DNA of 63,875 nucleotides, filler included, from Pirum gemmata (GCA_002812295.1; 14 parts of 14 records of this genome joined end to end with filler, not necessarily neighbours in it), one strand, 5' to 3'; positions 13,828 to 27,099 are shown, counted from the whole stretch's first letter. Notes: generated by a model from the sequence alone, not told the origin. Numbers and translations: made by a program.

Positions 13828-16800
13828 TTACCATGTGTACATATAAATTTCTGCTATTGCCCTTCTTCGACCTAAACTCGGATTATACGTTTGAACAGGG
13901 CCATCGTTATAAGAACGACCACCTTCTAACGCTTGAAGGACAACTTTACCATTTTTCCAGTAAGCAGCCACTTTCAGTTTAATCTCAGGCTGTACCAAAT
14001 GCCAATACAAGTTTGCGTAGATATACTCAAAACGAGGATATAAATCTCTCCTTTTTCCTATTTTAAACCAACCACGATAATCATCATAACAATGAACAGT
14101 AAAATATCCTTTGCTATCAGTATTGATGTTGAAAATGGACACTTTGGTTTGATCTCTTTGAAATTCACTACCATGAACATCAATCCATTGGCTGTTAACT
14201 TTTATTCTGAAGCCTTTACTGTTACATTTCGGGTAAACCATCTTGGGTGCATTTTTTGAACCCATATAAGACTTTGTAATACTATCCAAGAACCAATCCC
14301 AGGTGGCGTGAGCTGCTTTATCTACCGCAAGAACCACATTCCCTAAAACAAAACCTAAAAATTTCTCAACTACCGTCGCTTTTGTTTCAATTGCACCACC
14401 TACATCTAAACCCATAATATGAATACTGACCACTGCTTTCCAAGCTTTGTCGCCAAGGTTTTTGATCCCATCCCAAGCTTTAACAATCGCCCCTTTTATT
14501 GCATTGTAAACTTTACCAACAACATCAACTACGGCTCCTAACCTTTTACAGCTGGCATCTGGGTCAGTATCCAGGGGAATAAACAACAAACCCAAACCGT
14601 AACTAGCTTCTATAGTATGGCAAAGAAAATTACCGATGGCGTGCGTTACAGTATTAGCATTATAACCCTTCTTTACTAAGCCAACCAATCCTTTGGGTAG
14701 AGCTTCAAAGCCTTTATAAACTCCACCCAAAAATGAAGGATATATTTTTGCAAACTCTTCAAGACCTTGTTGATATTTTCCTTTTGCAAAAGCGTTATAT
14801 GCTTTCCCATACTGATCACCCGCTTCAAAGAAACCTTCGGTAAACGGGTGAACAAGAAGATTCCCCACCGCTGCACAAACCGCGTAAGCTGGACCAGTAG
14901 CAATACAACCAATGTCAGCCATAGTCATGAAAAAGATTTCAGTTAAAGCTTTAGAACATGCTTTTTGGTGTTCCTCACTCGGTTTTTTTGTACATGCATC
15001 CCAAGCCACATAACCTGCAATAATGTACCCAACTCCAACTACTGCGACACCAGCTGCAGTCTTAGCAACTTGTACTACAACTTTACCATCTCTTAATACG
15101 TAAGTGGCCTCTTTGCCTGCGTTGGCAGTAGCTTCAATTGCGGCTTTTGCCTCAGGACTTTGCTCAGCTAAAAAATCTAATAATTTTGCTTCGTGTGGTG
15201 ATAATTTGGAGGATAATGACGCTGATATTTCCGGCGTTAACTTTTTTAGCGTGGAATCAGGAAACTGCTTTTTAAAGTTTTCGTAGAAAACGTCGTATTG
15301 TTCTGGTGTCATTCTGTGTTTTGGGAATAAGTAGCCTTCTCCTTCAAATGCAGAAGAGGGATTAAATTTCGTATTCACTTCTGAAAGTCCTAATTTTTCT
15401 TGAAGCTCAGCTTTGGTGAGATGATTTTCTTTTATGTAAATCGTAACCGCTTCATCGAGATATTTCTCTTTATTCCAATCAAAACCAACATCACAAGCTG
15501 ATGAGGCTTTTCTCCTTCTACTACCACATACTGAACTTTTAACCATTTTTCGAAAAGTTCTTTTGAATATTTTCTTTGGTCTTTGTGCATCTATTTTAAT
15601 AGCTTTAGTGTTAATAAAACCTTTGTCTACAATGTAATGGTCTAAATCACTTATTAGTAGAGGTGGTTTAACTTCTTTGTTGATCTCTAATAGCATGGTT
15701 TCTCTAGTAGCACCAGCATTTTTGATAAATAATTCTTTTATAATTTCTGACTGTGGAATCTGTTAAAATTCACATAAAAGTAATAAATAAATAATAAATT
15801 ACATTAATTAAAAAATAATTAATAAAAAGAAAAATTATATAATATATATTATATAATATTATATGTACGTCATATATATTGTACTTTACAAACAGTTTTG
15901 AATTTATAATTAATTACCTTGTTTTCCTTGACCAATTTCAAAGCATCACCAGGGGTAACTTTGGAGCTTTCTCCATTCAAGTTTCCTAATAATTTATTCA
16001 CTCGTTTTTCAATTTCAGCTACGGATTTAGCCTGTGGTGACATTTTGTTAGGGTACCTACTCAAATAATTTTGAATAAATTTTTCAGGGGTGTTAAGTTT
16101 CTCCTTTATAATCCAATTCCATTCCCAATCCGGCAATTTTGTACTTACACCTCTTTCTTCCAAAGCTGTGTGAAGTTTGCTAAAATATTGTGCTTTTTCC
16201 TGTGGAGTAATTTTTGATAATAGTATTTTTATTTCGTCAAGAGAACGTTGTCTAGCTGGTGAACTGTCCTTCAATATTGTTAATACTTCTGCCTCTGTCA
16301 CTCGTGCTGGGTAACCTAGGCGATGTAATTGTTTATTGATTCTAGCAGTGACAAATTCACTTTATAACGCAAAATAATAGGGATTAAGTTAATATTAATT
16401 AATATTATAATTAATAATATAATGTAAGATAATATTAAATTTTATATATATTTAATTCTTATTATTAAATAAAATAAAATATTAATTATTGGTATTTACA
16501 TTATTATTATTACTATATATAAATATTATTTTATTATAAACATATTATTAGTATATATAAATATGATATATACAATATATAATATATACACACCTTTTCA
16601 ACTGCATTTCTGCCTCGGTAAATGGTTTGGGATTAACCATGTCTTGTGTCCAACCTTTACCATCTGGTTCACAACAACCGCGACCGGAATAATCAACACC
16701 AGGTTCTTGGATCCCTTTCAGACTTCTACCAGCCTCATTTCTTTTCACACCTAATACTTCATCGAATTGTGCTTGAAGTGTGTAATCATTTCTTTGAATA

Positions 16801-17058
16801 ATTTGTTTTAACCGAGTTTCTGGTGTAGATCCTTTAATAAAACCTTGCTTTGAATATGATAACCACTTTTTTAACTGACTGTTGATTGTATTTTTTTCGG
16901 TTTCAGAAAAGCCATCAAAAACCAGTTTGTCTTCGTCCGGGTAAGCTTGAGCCGATGTAGACGATTCTTTTAATATATCTGCGATTTCCTCTGGTGTATA
17001 TCTTTTCGCGACACCAAATTTTTCTAGTCGTGCGTTTACTCTTTCGGTAACTGGGCCA
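13828..17058 (-). CDS. Large orphan protein, 5'-truncated; exons 17058-16594, 16359-15918, 15759-13828 (about 945 aa visible)
   Basis: Three long open exons joined in frame by GT-AG introns. Contains N-terminal helical repeats, a CGSRRRKASSAC loop, Gly/Ala/Val-rich hydrophobic helices and a beta-rich C-terminus. Function unknown. Confidence 0.85.
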
Positions 17059-17062
17059 CTAC

Positions 17063-17096
<34 letters not shown>

Positions 17097-17337
17097 TTAA
17101 TAATAATAATAATAATAATAATAATTAATAATAATAATAATAATAATAGTAATAGTAATAANNNNNNNNNNNNNNNNNNNNNNNNNNNNNNNNNNNNNNN
17201 NNNNNTTAATTAATTAANNNNNNNNNNNNNNNNNNNNNNNNNNNNNNNNNNNNNNNNNNNNTAATAATAATAATAAAACAACAACAACAAAAATAAAAAC
17301 AATAAAGCAACGAAATAAATAATAGAAAAGAAAAAAA

Positions 17338-18036
17338 ATGTTTAGATTTAAAATATTAGTACAAATTTTGTCGATTGTGCTACTGTCAATATCAACAAAC
17401 GGTAGTGCAGTCGATTGTGGTAATACAGTACCTAATTCTTATACCACTAACACAACAGACCAAACCATCACCTTTTATGTTCCAGAAGATGATGTTGTTA
17501 CAGAACTAGCGTACTTTAAAATCGACGAGAAATATAATAGTTATAGTGGTCAAACAATTTCAGGTACTAATTGCACACATGACACCGATGTGAGTTACTT
17601 TAATATCGAGGTCTCTAATGCTACTGATACATATCGTTGTGGGACTGTTTCTGATTATTTTGATGCGGGAATTAACGTAACTAATATGTTAGCTCACAGC
17701 TATGCTAATGTTAATAGCTATGGATATAATGATTGTGCTTATGGTCCTGGTAATGGTGCCTATGCTTTAATCGGGGAAATGCAAATTCAGAGATTAAAAT
17801 TATATAATTCGGGAGGGACATACAATGTAAAAGTCAAAGACTTTAGAATTTTAAGAAATGTTATAGACAGTAACATTGTTTGGTATATAGGAGGTTCGAA
17901 TTGCTGGGGTAATGCGATAACAACATCCTGTGGTGGTACTAAGCAGTTGTATTGCGAAGCTGTTGATGGTACAATAATTTTGTTTACTAATAAAAATGGT
18001 GCTTATTATATGGAGCATTATGGACAGGCATATTAG
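17338..18036 (+). CDS. Intronless secreted orphan protein, 232 aa, Cys- and N-glycosylation-sequon-rich
   Basis: Complex-composition ORF, A-rich ATG context, signal-peptide-like MFRFKILVQILSIVLLSISTNGSA, 7 Cys and several N-x-S/T sequons. Confidence 0.8.
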   Translation: MFRFKILVQILSIVLLSISTNGSAVDCGNTVPNSYTTNTTDQTITFYVPEDDVVTELAYFKIDEKYNSYSGQTISGTNCTHDTDVSYFNIEVSNATDTYRCGTVSDYFDAGINVTNMLAHSYANVNSYGYNDCAYGPGNGAYALIGEMQIQRLKLYNSGGTYNVKVKDFRILRNVIDSNIVWYIGGSNCWGNAITTSCGGTKQLYCEAVDGTIILFTNKNGAYYMEHYGQAY

Positions 18037-18217
18037 CCCACATGTGGTTAATTGACACTCCTTTATCCAGCTCAGATGTTTCAGTAGAGTCCCTTATATT
18101 AAGTTATATCAAGATGATGTACCACGTAATACTATAATTATATTATAGAGTAAAAAGAATTTTAAACTCGTGATCATTATTTTTTTTTTTAATTTAATAC
18201 CAAGCCGAATAAAAATG

Positions 18218-18310
18218 GCGACACCCACCATATGAGCTCAATAATCCAAAAAATCTCAAAATGATCCAATTTTAATGAAAGTACTACAGCTAACTAAATA
18301 AACTCTAATA
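18218..18310 (+). repeat. Dispersed repeat family E (GCGACACCCGCCATATGAGCTCAA..TCCAATTTTAATGAAAGT); copies near 21686-21990, 45638-45860 and 59605-59850
   Basis: Same sequence in four different contigs; termini not defined. Confidence 0.8.
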
Positions 18311-19397
18311 GTGTGAAGATCCCGGTATAAACTCCTCCCCTAGGCCTGGTGTCAAATTTGTATGGATGCTTTTTCTTTATTGATTTTTCTGAGGCGGCCA
18401 TTGATAATAATATAATATAATATTAATATTAATTATTATTATTATTTAATAAAAGTCGTTATAATATAATAATTATATAATATAACTATATATTATATCG
18501 TTTTAACATTTTTTTAGTTTCTTTATTACTTTTAATTAGTTTCAGAACACTATTTAGTATCATTTCTACAACATTTTTATGATCATTAATTAATATTGTC
18601 TAAAGTAAACAAAATGATTATTATACCGAGATACCTAATCACTCACGTGATAGTCACGTGATATTTTTTTTTCAGTGGTGGACATGGTGAAGGAGACGTT
18701 TATCGATGAAGATGGCAGTGATGGTGTTGTGTTGATTAATATTGTAGTATATTGTCTAAAGTAACCAAAATAATTATCTATTATATATATCAAGACACCT
18801 GATTACTCGCGTGTTAGTCACGTCATATTTAATTTTTCAGTGGCAGCTGTGGTGGAGAACTGTGGGGATGGTAGTAAATGGTGACGATAGTGGTGGTAGT
18901 GTGGTGGGAATGGTGGTGATAGTGTTGGGGGTTGTGATGGAGACGATCATCGATCAAGATGATGGTGATGGTGGTGATGGTGTTACTGATGATGGTGGTG
19001 GTGATGGTGTTACTAGTGCTGATGCTGCTGATGATGCTAGCGATGGTGACGGTTAATTTTATAACATTGCACATGTGGTGGTGGTGGCATCACCCGCCGC
19101 TCTTAATGATATACATAGGAGTGCTAGTATATCATATCCATGAAAACACAACCCGTTGTCAATGATGGGGGTTAATTGGTATTTTAATTTCATAAAGCAA
19201 GGTCAAAGTGTTAATTAAGGTCAAACCATACATTATATAATATTATATATAATATAATTACGTTGGTTATTTTATACAATATAATATGTATTATTTATAT
19301 ATTATATATATAATTATATTATTTTAATTATTATTTTTATAATATTATATACTATGCAAAAGTCCGAAAGAGCCACATCTGGTTCCATAATTGTATA

Positions 19398-19435
<38 letters not shown>

Positions 19436-19769
19436 ATTATTATTATATATATCAAGGACTTGTATATCGATACTACTTTTATACATTTATTATAAGGAGT
19501 TACAAGAGAACATACATTGATGAAGAGAACATCCATTGATGAAGATTATAAGCTTAAATTAGAATCTAAGCCATTAAAATGGCAATCTAGAAGGTTTACC
19601 ATCAATTTCTTAACAAGAAACATTAATTTGACCAATTTATAATACTTGATAATTTTTAAAATACAAATAAATGATAATTTGTTCTTTCATCATCTTTAAA
19701 TTTCTATTATTAATACAATTAACATTAATTTATATCCGTTTATATAACATGATAACTTTTAATATATGA

Positions 19770-21240
19770 ATAATGATAATTTGACAAGTTCTTCTTTATT
19801 TCTTTCTTCATCTTCACTTTATTCCTCTTTCTCTTCCACCTATTTATTAACCCCAAACAAAGCCTTGCCCTTATTGTACCCTCCTAATCTTTTAAAATAT
19901 AAATAAATCTGGCTAGTTATTCTCCCGTTACCTTTTTTACAAATAACATTAATATATTATATATATATTTGTTATTATGTTTGTATTTATTGGTTTTATT
20001 TATGGTTAATGTTTTTTTTTTTCGGGGGTGACTTTTCTTTAGCCCGGGGAGTATGTTGATACATGTTAAGTAGTTAGTATATTATAGTATATAGTTTATT
20101 ATTAATATACNNNNNNNNNNNNNNNNNNAACTATAACTATAACAACAACAACTATAACTATAACAACAATAACTATAACTATAACAACAATAACTATAAC
20201 TATAACTATAACTATAACTATAACTATAACTATAACTATAACTATAACTATAACAACAAGAATAATAATAACAATACCATACTTATATGATTTTTATATA
20301 TAATATTATGTAACTTTTTATAATATAAATAATGAAAATTTTAAGTTATTCTACATCACTTTATTCACCTTTACAAATAACAATTAATTGTATCCATTTT
20401 TAAATATAAATAAATAATAAATTGGCAAGTTTTTCTCTCATCACCTTTCTTTTAAAACAACATGAATTTGTACCCATTTATATAATTTGGTAGCTTTTAA
20501 AAATATAAATAATATAATTTGGCAAGTTTTATTCTACATCACTTTATTCATCTTTACAAATAACATTAATTTTATCCATTTATACAATTTTGGCAACTTT
20601 TAAAATACAAAAAAAATATTTATTCTCTCATCACCTTTCTTTTACAAATAACATTAATTTGTACCCATTTATATAAATTGGTAACTTTTAATAAATATAT
20701 AATGAAAATCTGGCAAGTTATTCTTCATCACTTTCTTCATCTTCACTTTCTTCCTCCGCTTCTTCCACCCAATCTAACCATTTATTAACCTCAAGCAAAG
20801 CCTTGCCCTTACCATCGTAAGTATTACATTAATTTGTACCCATTTATATAAATTGGTAACTTTTAATAAATATATAATGAAAATCTGGCAAGTTGTTCTT
20901 CATCACTTTCTTCATCTTCACTTTCTTCCTTCGCTTCTTCCACCCAATCTAACCATTTATTAACCTCAAGCAAAGCCTTGCCCTTACCATCGTAAGTATT
21001 ACATTAATTTGTACCCATTTATATAAATTGGTAACTTTTAATAAATATATAATGAAAATCTGGCAAGTTGTTCTTCCTCACTTTCTTCATCTTCACTTTC
21101 TTCCTCCTCTTCTTCCACCCCATCTAACCATGTATTAACCTCAAAGCAAAGCCTTGCCCTTACCATCGTAAGTATTACATTAATGTGTACCCATTTATAT
21201 AAATTGGCAACTTTTAATATATAAATAATGATAATTTGGC
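19770..21240 (-). repeat. Tandem decaying copies (~175-bp period) of the eIF4G2-like gene's last codons plus downstream flank
   Basis: GKGKALxEVNKWLDWVEE..ESEDEES-encoding sequence recurs at about 21062-21175, 20887-21000, 20712-20825 and, degraded, at 19780-19880. Confidence 0.9.
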
Positions 21241-21245
21241 GCAAG

Positions 21246-21439
21246 TTATTCTTCATCACTTTCTTCATCTTCACTTTCTTCTTCTTCTTCTTCCACCCAA
21301 TTTAACCATTTATTAACCTCAAACAAAGCCTTACCCTTACCCTCGTAATTATCATTCACATCGTCTTTCCAGGCCAAGAAGGCAGAGGCTGGGCAAACGT
21401 TAAATCTATATAGATACATAAAACCTCTACACAAAAATC
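21246..21439 (-). CDS. EIF4G2: Terminal exon of an eIF4G-family gene, W2 domain, DAP5/NAT1 (eIF4G2)-like
   Basis: After the acceptor tgtatag|: GFLCRGFMYLYRFNVCPASAFLAWKDDVNDNYEGKGKALFEVNKWLNWVEEEEEES. This closely follows the recalled animal DAP5 end AFLAWKED....PGKGKALFQVNQWLTWLE. Family is secure, orthology is tentative. Confidence 0.8.
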
Positions 21440-22612
21440 CTATACAAAAAAAATAAAATAATAATTTCGTTGTTAATAATAATGATAATAATAATAATAA
21501 AAATAATTANNNNNNNNNNNNNNNNNNNNNNNNNNNNNNNNNNNNNNNNNNNNTTAATTAATTAANNNNNNNNNNNNNNNNNNNNNNNNNNNNNNNNNNN
21601 NNNNNNNNNTTATGAAAATAATAACTATTAAAATTTTAAAAAATTATAAATAAATAATAATAAAATAATTAATTATTATAAAAATTGCGACACCCGCCAT
21701 ATGAAAGCTCATATGAACTCAAAAATCCGAAAAAATTTAAAATGGTCCAATTTTAATTATAGTGCTACGAAATATTGAGAAATTATCTAAATAAGAAAAC
21801 CTATAAGAAAACTCTATATTGACTCGATTAGGAACCAACGGCTACTAGCTAGCTAGCTAGCTAGCTAGCTAATAGTTAGGTAATTTGGCTAGTTTTAATA
21901 TTAATTTTTTTAAAAAAGGGGGTTTTTAATAAAAAAAGATATCTTCAGTTTTATCAAGTTGGTTTTATCTAAAACAGTTTTGGAAAAAAAAAAAAAAATA
22001 GACAAAAGGTAGACCCCCCCGGTTCTAGCTAGCTAGACTTGAGAAAAGTGAGAAAAGTAAGACTAGACTAGTAGACTAGTCTAGCTAGAGTAGAGTAGTC
22101 TAGACTCTAGCTAGACCCCCCCCCCCTTCCTACTATATAAATAACTGTTTTTATCAATGGGATGGCCCGGATGGTGCAAACAGTCTAAAAACGACCAACG
22201 TTTTTTTTAAAAAATTAAAATTCTAACCATAATAATAATATATTATTATATTTTTAAAATACTTATGCTTAATAAATAGTGTTCAAATTTTCAAACATGT
22301 GATCGAATGTTAATGATCTTTTTTGAAATTCATCAAAAGTTTCGAACAATTTAAACACAGGCTCGAACTATAGAAAATATTCATGATTATTTTTCAAGCC
22401 TTAGTAATTACATAATTATTATGTATTTGTTTGATCTGAAAAATAATAATTTTTTTTTTTTGATTCACAGGTGGGGAAATTATTGGAAAACCCCGACTGG
22501 TTGTTATTGGGACAACGATTTGTTTGATCTGAAAAATAACTTATGTGTGTTCGAAAGTTTTCAACTCATCAACCCTAACCTTAGTTAGGTCCTAAAAAAT
22601 TATTTGAGAAGA

Positions 22613-22730
22613 GTTAGGGTTAGGGTTAGGGTTAGGGTTAGGNTTAGGGTTAGGGTTAGGGTTAGGGTTAGGGTTAGGGTTAGGGTTAGGGTTACGGTTA
22701 GGGTTAGGGTTAGGGTTACGGTTAGGGTTA
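22613..22730 (+). repeat. Interstitial (TTAGGG)n array with TTACGG variants
   Basis: About 19 units, flanked by non-telomeric DNA on both sides. Confidence 0.95.
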
Positions 22731-23294
22731 GTATGATAAGTAGTATACTGTACTGCGTTGTCCTGAGCTGTCATAGTATAGATTAAAATTTTAGATTTTA
22801 AAAAAATAAATAAAAAATAAATAAAAGGACTCTTTATATCGATATCCAAGCTATAATTGCAATGTATTATTACGGTGAAAAATTATAACATTGGTGCGGC
22901 CATATTTATTAGCGCTAATGTTCCTCGTTACTGTAAGGATAAACGAATGACGATAAGTACGCGTACGCGTACGGGTAATTCAATTGCAAACTTTTAGAAT
23001 AATATTCTAATATTAAATTTTAAAAATTTGTAAGGTCTAGATCTATTTCGTATAGTTTATTTTTATGGCATTGACCTAGGTCTATAAGGATGATTGCAAT
23101 GGAATTAGTCTAACTGGAATAATTATTATTAGTATGTATAAATATATTAATATTATATAGACACTTTTTGCGACGCAAAAAGTGTCTGTATATATTATGT
23201 TAAGCTTTAAATATTTTTGATTGCATTAATATTATTATGCTAAGTTAAAATTTTATGGGTCACATGTACAATAATATGCTTTTGAAGACATATG

Positions 23295-24090
23295 GTTAGG
23301 GTTAGCGTTATAATTAGGGTTATAATTATGACTAGGCATAAAACAAATACACACGCATGTTTGGGAAAACTATTATAACTATTTGATAACAACAATCAGT
23401 TAAATCGTAATGGAAGGTTGATATTATAATATTATATTCGAATTCTTAAATTAATTGTTATTAATTAAGATTAAATATATTTTTTCTTCGTTTTTCAATT
23501 TGTTTAGGATTACTATTATTAGTTACCTAATTTTATAATTTCTTGGGCTGGGGTTTAACGTTATAATTAGTGTTATAATTATGACTAGGCGGGCATGTTT
23601 GGGAAAACTATTATTAATATACATAACTATATATTTACCAACAACAATAATTTAAATCGTAAGGTAAGGTTGATATTATATATTCGAATTCTTATAATAT
23701 AAACTAATTGTTGTTAATTAAGATTAAATATTATATTAATATTTTTCTTCGTTTTTCATTTTGTTTAGGATTATTATTATTATTAATTGGTTCCCTGATT
23801 TTATAATTTCTTGGGCTGGGGTTAACGTTATAATTAGGGTTATAATTATGATCACGACTAAGCGTAAAGCAAATGCACGTGCTTGTTTGGGAAAGCTATA
23901 GCTATTATAACTATTTACCAACAACAATCATTTAAATCGCAATGGAGTTTTGATATTAATATTATATATTTCGAAGTCTTTTAAATTAATTAATTGTTAT
24001 TATTTAAGATTAAAAATATATTTTTTCTTCAATTTGTTTAGGATTATTTTATTATTATTGGTTCCCCGATTTTATAATTTCTTGGACTGT
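23295..24090. repeat. Three diverged tandem copies of a ~260-280-bp non-coding unit
   Basis: CGTTATAATTAG(G/T)GTTATAATTATGA..TTTGGGAAA..TTAAATCG recurs at about 23300, 23555 and 23820. Confidence 0.85.
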
Positions 24091-24379
24091 ATTTTTCTCT
24101 TTTTTGTAACACCCACCCACCCAACCACCCTTGGGTGCAAGTTTTAATTAAGATTTTAATAATTGAAGCTAATTATTAACTTTATAAGTCTTGTTCTTCT
24201 CTCTTTCCAAATTCAAATTTTTGGTCTTTGTCAACATAAAGTATTATCCATAATTTGTTAAATTTTGATTATCATTTTTTTGTGCTCGTTTCACTACATC
24301 TACTAAAATTAACTACTTTATCGATTTCACTACGTCTGCTAAAGTATTCGATTTTATCAATTTCAAATACTTAGAATTT

Positions 24380-25313
24380 GATTATTTTAAATTACCTGAA
24401 AATATTGGTAATTTAATTAATTTTCATTCTAGTATGAATGATGATGAACGTAAAAGGTTTGAAGCTAATAGCATAAACACTGTTTTTCAAAGTTTAAATG
24501 AGTCTGATTTTAATTGCAGTACAGAGGTATTTAAGGAGAAGTTTATACAGTATACCAATGATTGTGTTGAATTATGATAATATGTATTTTCGAACACATA
24601 TGCATATATATTGGAAATCCAGCTTTCGATGTCAGTGAAGAAGATTCCCAGAAACTTAGTACTTGTAGTTTATATTTTCTGTTTTTTAACCAATTTGAGT
24701 AGCTTAATCAACCTAGATTTAAGTGATTGTGAAAATATTAATTTAGTAGATTTAGACAAATTTAATTGTCTTAATATCCATAATTGTAAAAATATTAATT
24801 TCAATGGTTTATACAATTTAAATTACCTTAATATGAAATGTGAAACTGTTTTTAGATTAACTCTTTGTATGCAAAAATTACCCAATTTAATTAGTCTTTA
24901 TATATCAAATTGAAAATTAATGTTTGAGGAATTGCGAAAGTTGACCAATTTAAATAGCCTTATATTATTAAATTGTGATTTACCGTTTGGTAATGATGTA
25001 TCAAATTGTGATTTACCGTTTGATAATGATGTATTGCTAAAGTTGACTAATTTAAATACACTTGTTATGACTAAAAGAAGCAAGTTAACCTTTAAACATA
25101 ATTAGGTTTTTGACTTTAACAGTTAACAAAACTTACAAATTAACTAGACTTGAATTGGAAGTTGGCGAAGTTGAGGAAGTTGATGTCGTACATATTCATA
25201 AGTTAACCAAGTTAACTAAACTTACCTTAAGTTTTTTATCAAATTCATCAATTGTAAATTTACCAAACTTAACCAATTTAATTGAGCTTTCTTTAATTTC
25301 TGCTAATTTTTAA
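24380..25313 (+). pseudogene. Leucine-rich-repeat gene remnant
   Basis: LxxLxxLxL units (LTNLSSLINLDLSDC, LPNLISLYI, LTNLNSLIL, LTKLTKLTL, LTNLIELSL) spread over ORFs broken by stops and frameshifts. Confidence 0.7.
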
Positions 25314-25973
25314 ATAAATATACAATAAGCTTAAATTATGAGTTTATTATTGATTTTTTTTCTTCAATTTCGATTAAAATTTTTTATAAATATTACAAGA
25401 CAACATAAGCTAGCTTTATACTATAATATAATTCTAGCTAGTCTAGATAGCCATAAAATAACAATAATATATATATATATACAACTAACAGAAACCATAA
25501 TTATAACCATAACCACATTTGTTATCATAATCATGACTGGGATACCATAATCATGACACCAACAACAAAAACATTATATAATAATAATAAAATGAAAGTA
25601 AATATAACAGGCTCAAATTTATTATATTCTTTGAATTTTGATTAAAAAATTTCATATGGATTCCTTATACCATAAGGTAATTCAAACAATTCTAAGTAAT
25701 TGCTTGTTTAATTAAGATAGCATTAATGTGATCAACGCCAAATGACACTGTCAACTTGGTTGTTTATATTTTTTTTCGCATACCGTTTTGGTAACATTTC
25801 TTTTCTTGCTTTTTGTATATTTTTTGTTTTTAATAAATTATACCTGGACCTGATCCCTACTAATCTTTACCAANNNNNNNNNNNNNNNNNNNNNNNNNNN
25901 NNNNNNNNNNNNNNNNNTTAATTAATTAANNNNNNNNNNNNNNNNNNNNNNNNNNNNNNNNNNNNNNNNNNNN

Positions 25974-26017
<44 letters not shown>

Positions 26018-26199
26018 ACTATTATTATTATTATTATTATTATTTTAATTATTATCATTCGGAAACTAGAAAAAAACGAGGTTTATTAACTGTCTGGAAA
26101 ATTGATTTGTTTAATAAAAAATTAATTTAAAATTTTAGTATTTTGTGCAATTTAACAACATCAGTATTAATATTAGTATGATTGTGGTTATTATCATAT

Positions 26200-26505
26200 A
26201 ATCATTACCATCACCATCACCATCACCATCACCATCAGCATCACCATCAGCATCAGCATCACCATCAGCATCACCGTCACTGTTACTACTATTACCATTA
26301 CCATTACCACTACCACTACCACTACCATCACCATCACCATCATCATCACCATCACCATCACCATCACCATCACCATTACCATTACCATTACCATTACCAT
26401 TACCATTACCATTACCATTACCATTGCCATTACCCTTACCCTTACCCTTACCCTTACCAATACCAATACCAATACCATCACCATCACCATCACCATCATC
26501 ATCAT
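26200..26505. repeat. Compound hexamer microsatellite (CATCAC/CATTAC/CCTTAC/CAATAC)
   Basis: Read directly. Confidence 0.95.
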
Positions 26506-26889
26506 TTCTATCAAATCTCTAAGCTATTATGAAAAACTAAAGCAAAATCACCCAGCGACGTAATATTTCCATTCACACTCATGTTAACAAGTTGTTTAAT
26601 TGAGGAGAAAAACTTAAAAGAAAATATGTAAGTACCACTAGCAAAACTATAGCATAATCCAACTCGCTTAATAACATTTTCATTTTTGTTTTCATTGTCA
26701 CTCACTGTTGTATTTTGGTAGGTATTATATTTCTTTTTGTCATTGTTATTACTGTCAATACTACTGTGATGACTGTTATTGTTGTTGTTATTATTTTGGG
26801 TGTTTTTGGTGTTAGTTTTGTTATTATTAGTGTAGTTATCGGTTTTAATAATATTGCAAACGTGTTTATCGTTGTTATTGTTCTTGTTC

Positions 26890-26958
<69 letters not shown>

Positions 26959-27099
26959 GTATTATTTATCTATTATTTATTTATTTATTATTATTATTGT
27001 CCATTATTATTTTTATTATTAATTATATGCATGGCTCACAGTTTCGTGCTTAAGATAAGCGTTTACTCCTTTCTCACAAACATTGTAAAATTTCCTTTC

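Noticed and set aside
18811..19165. Asp/Gly-rich ORFs
   Set aside because: Derived from a (GAT/GGT)n tract in a local tandem duplication (about 18590-18750 versus 18750-18900).
26511..26969. Asn-rich minus-strand open frame with a possible acceptor
   Set aside because: Mostly (AAT)n-derived; no recognisable domain or linked exon, so not called.
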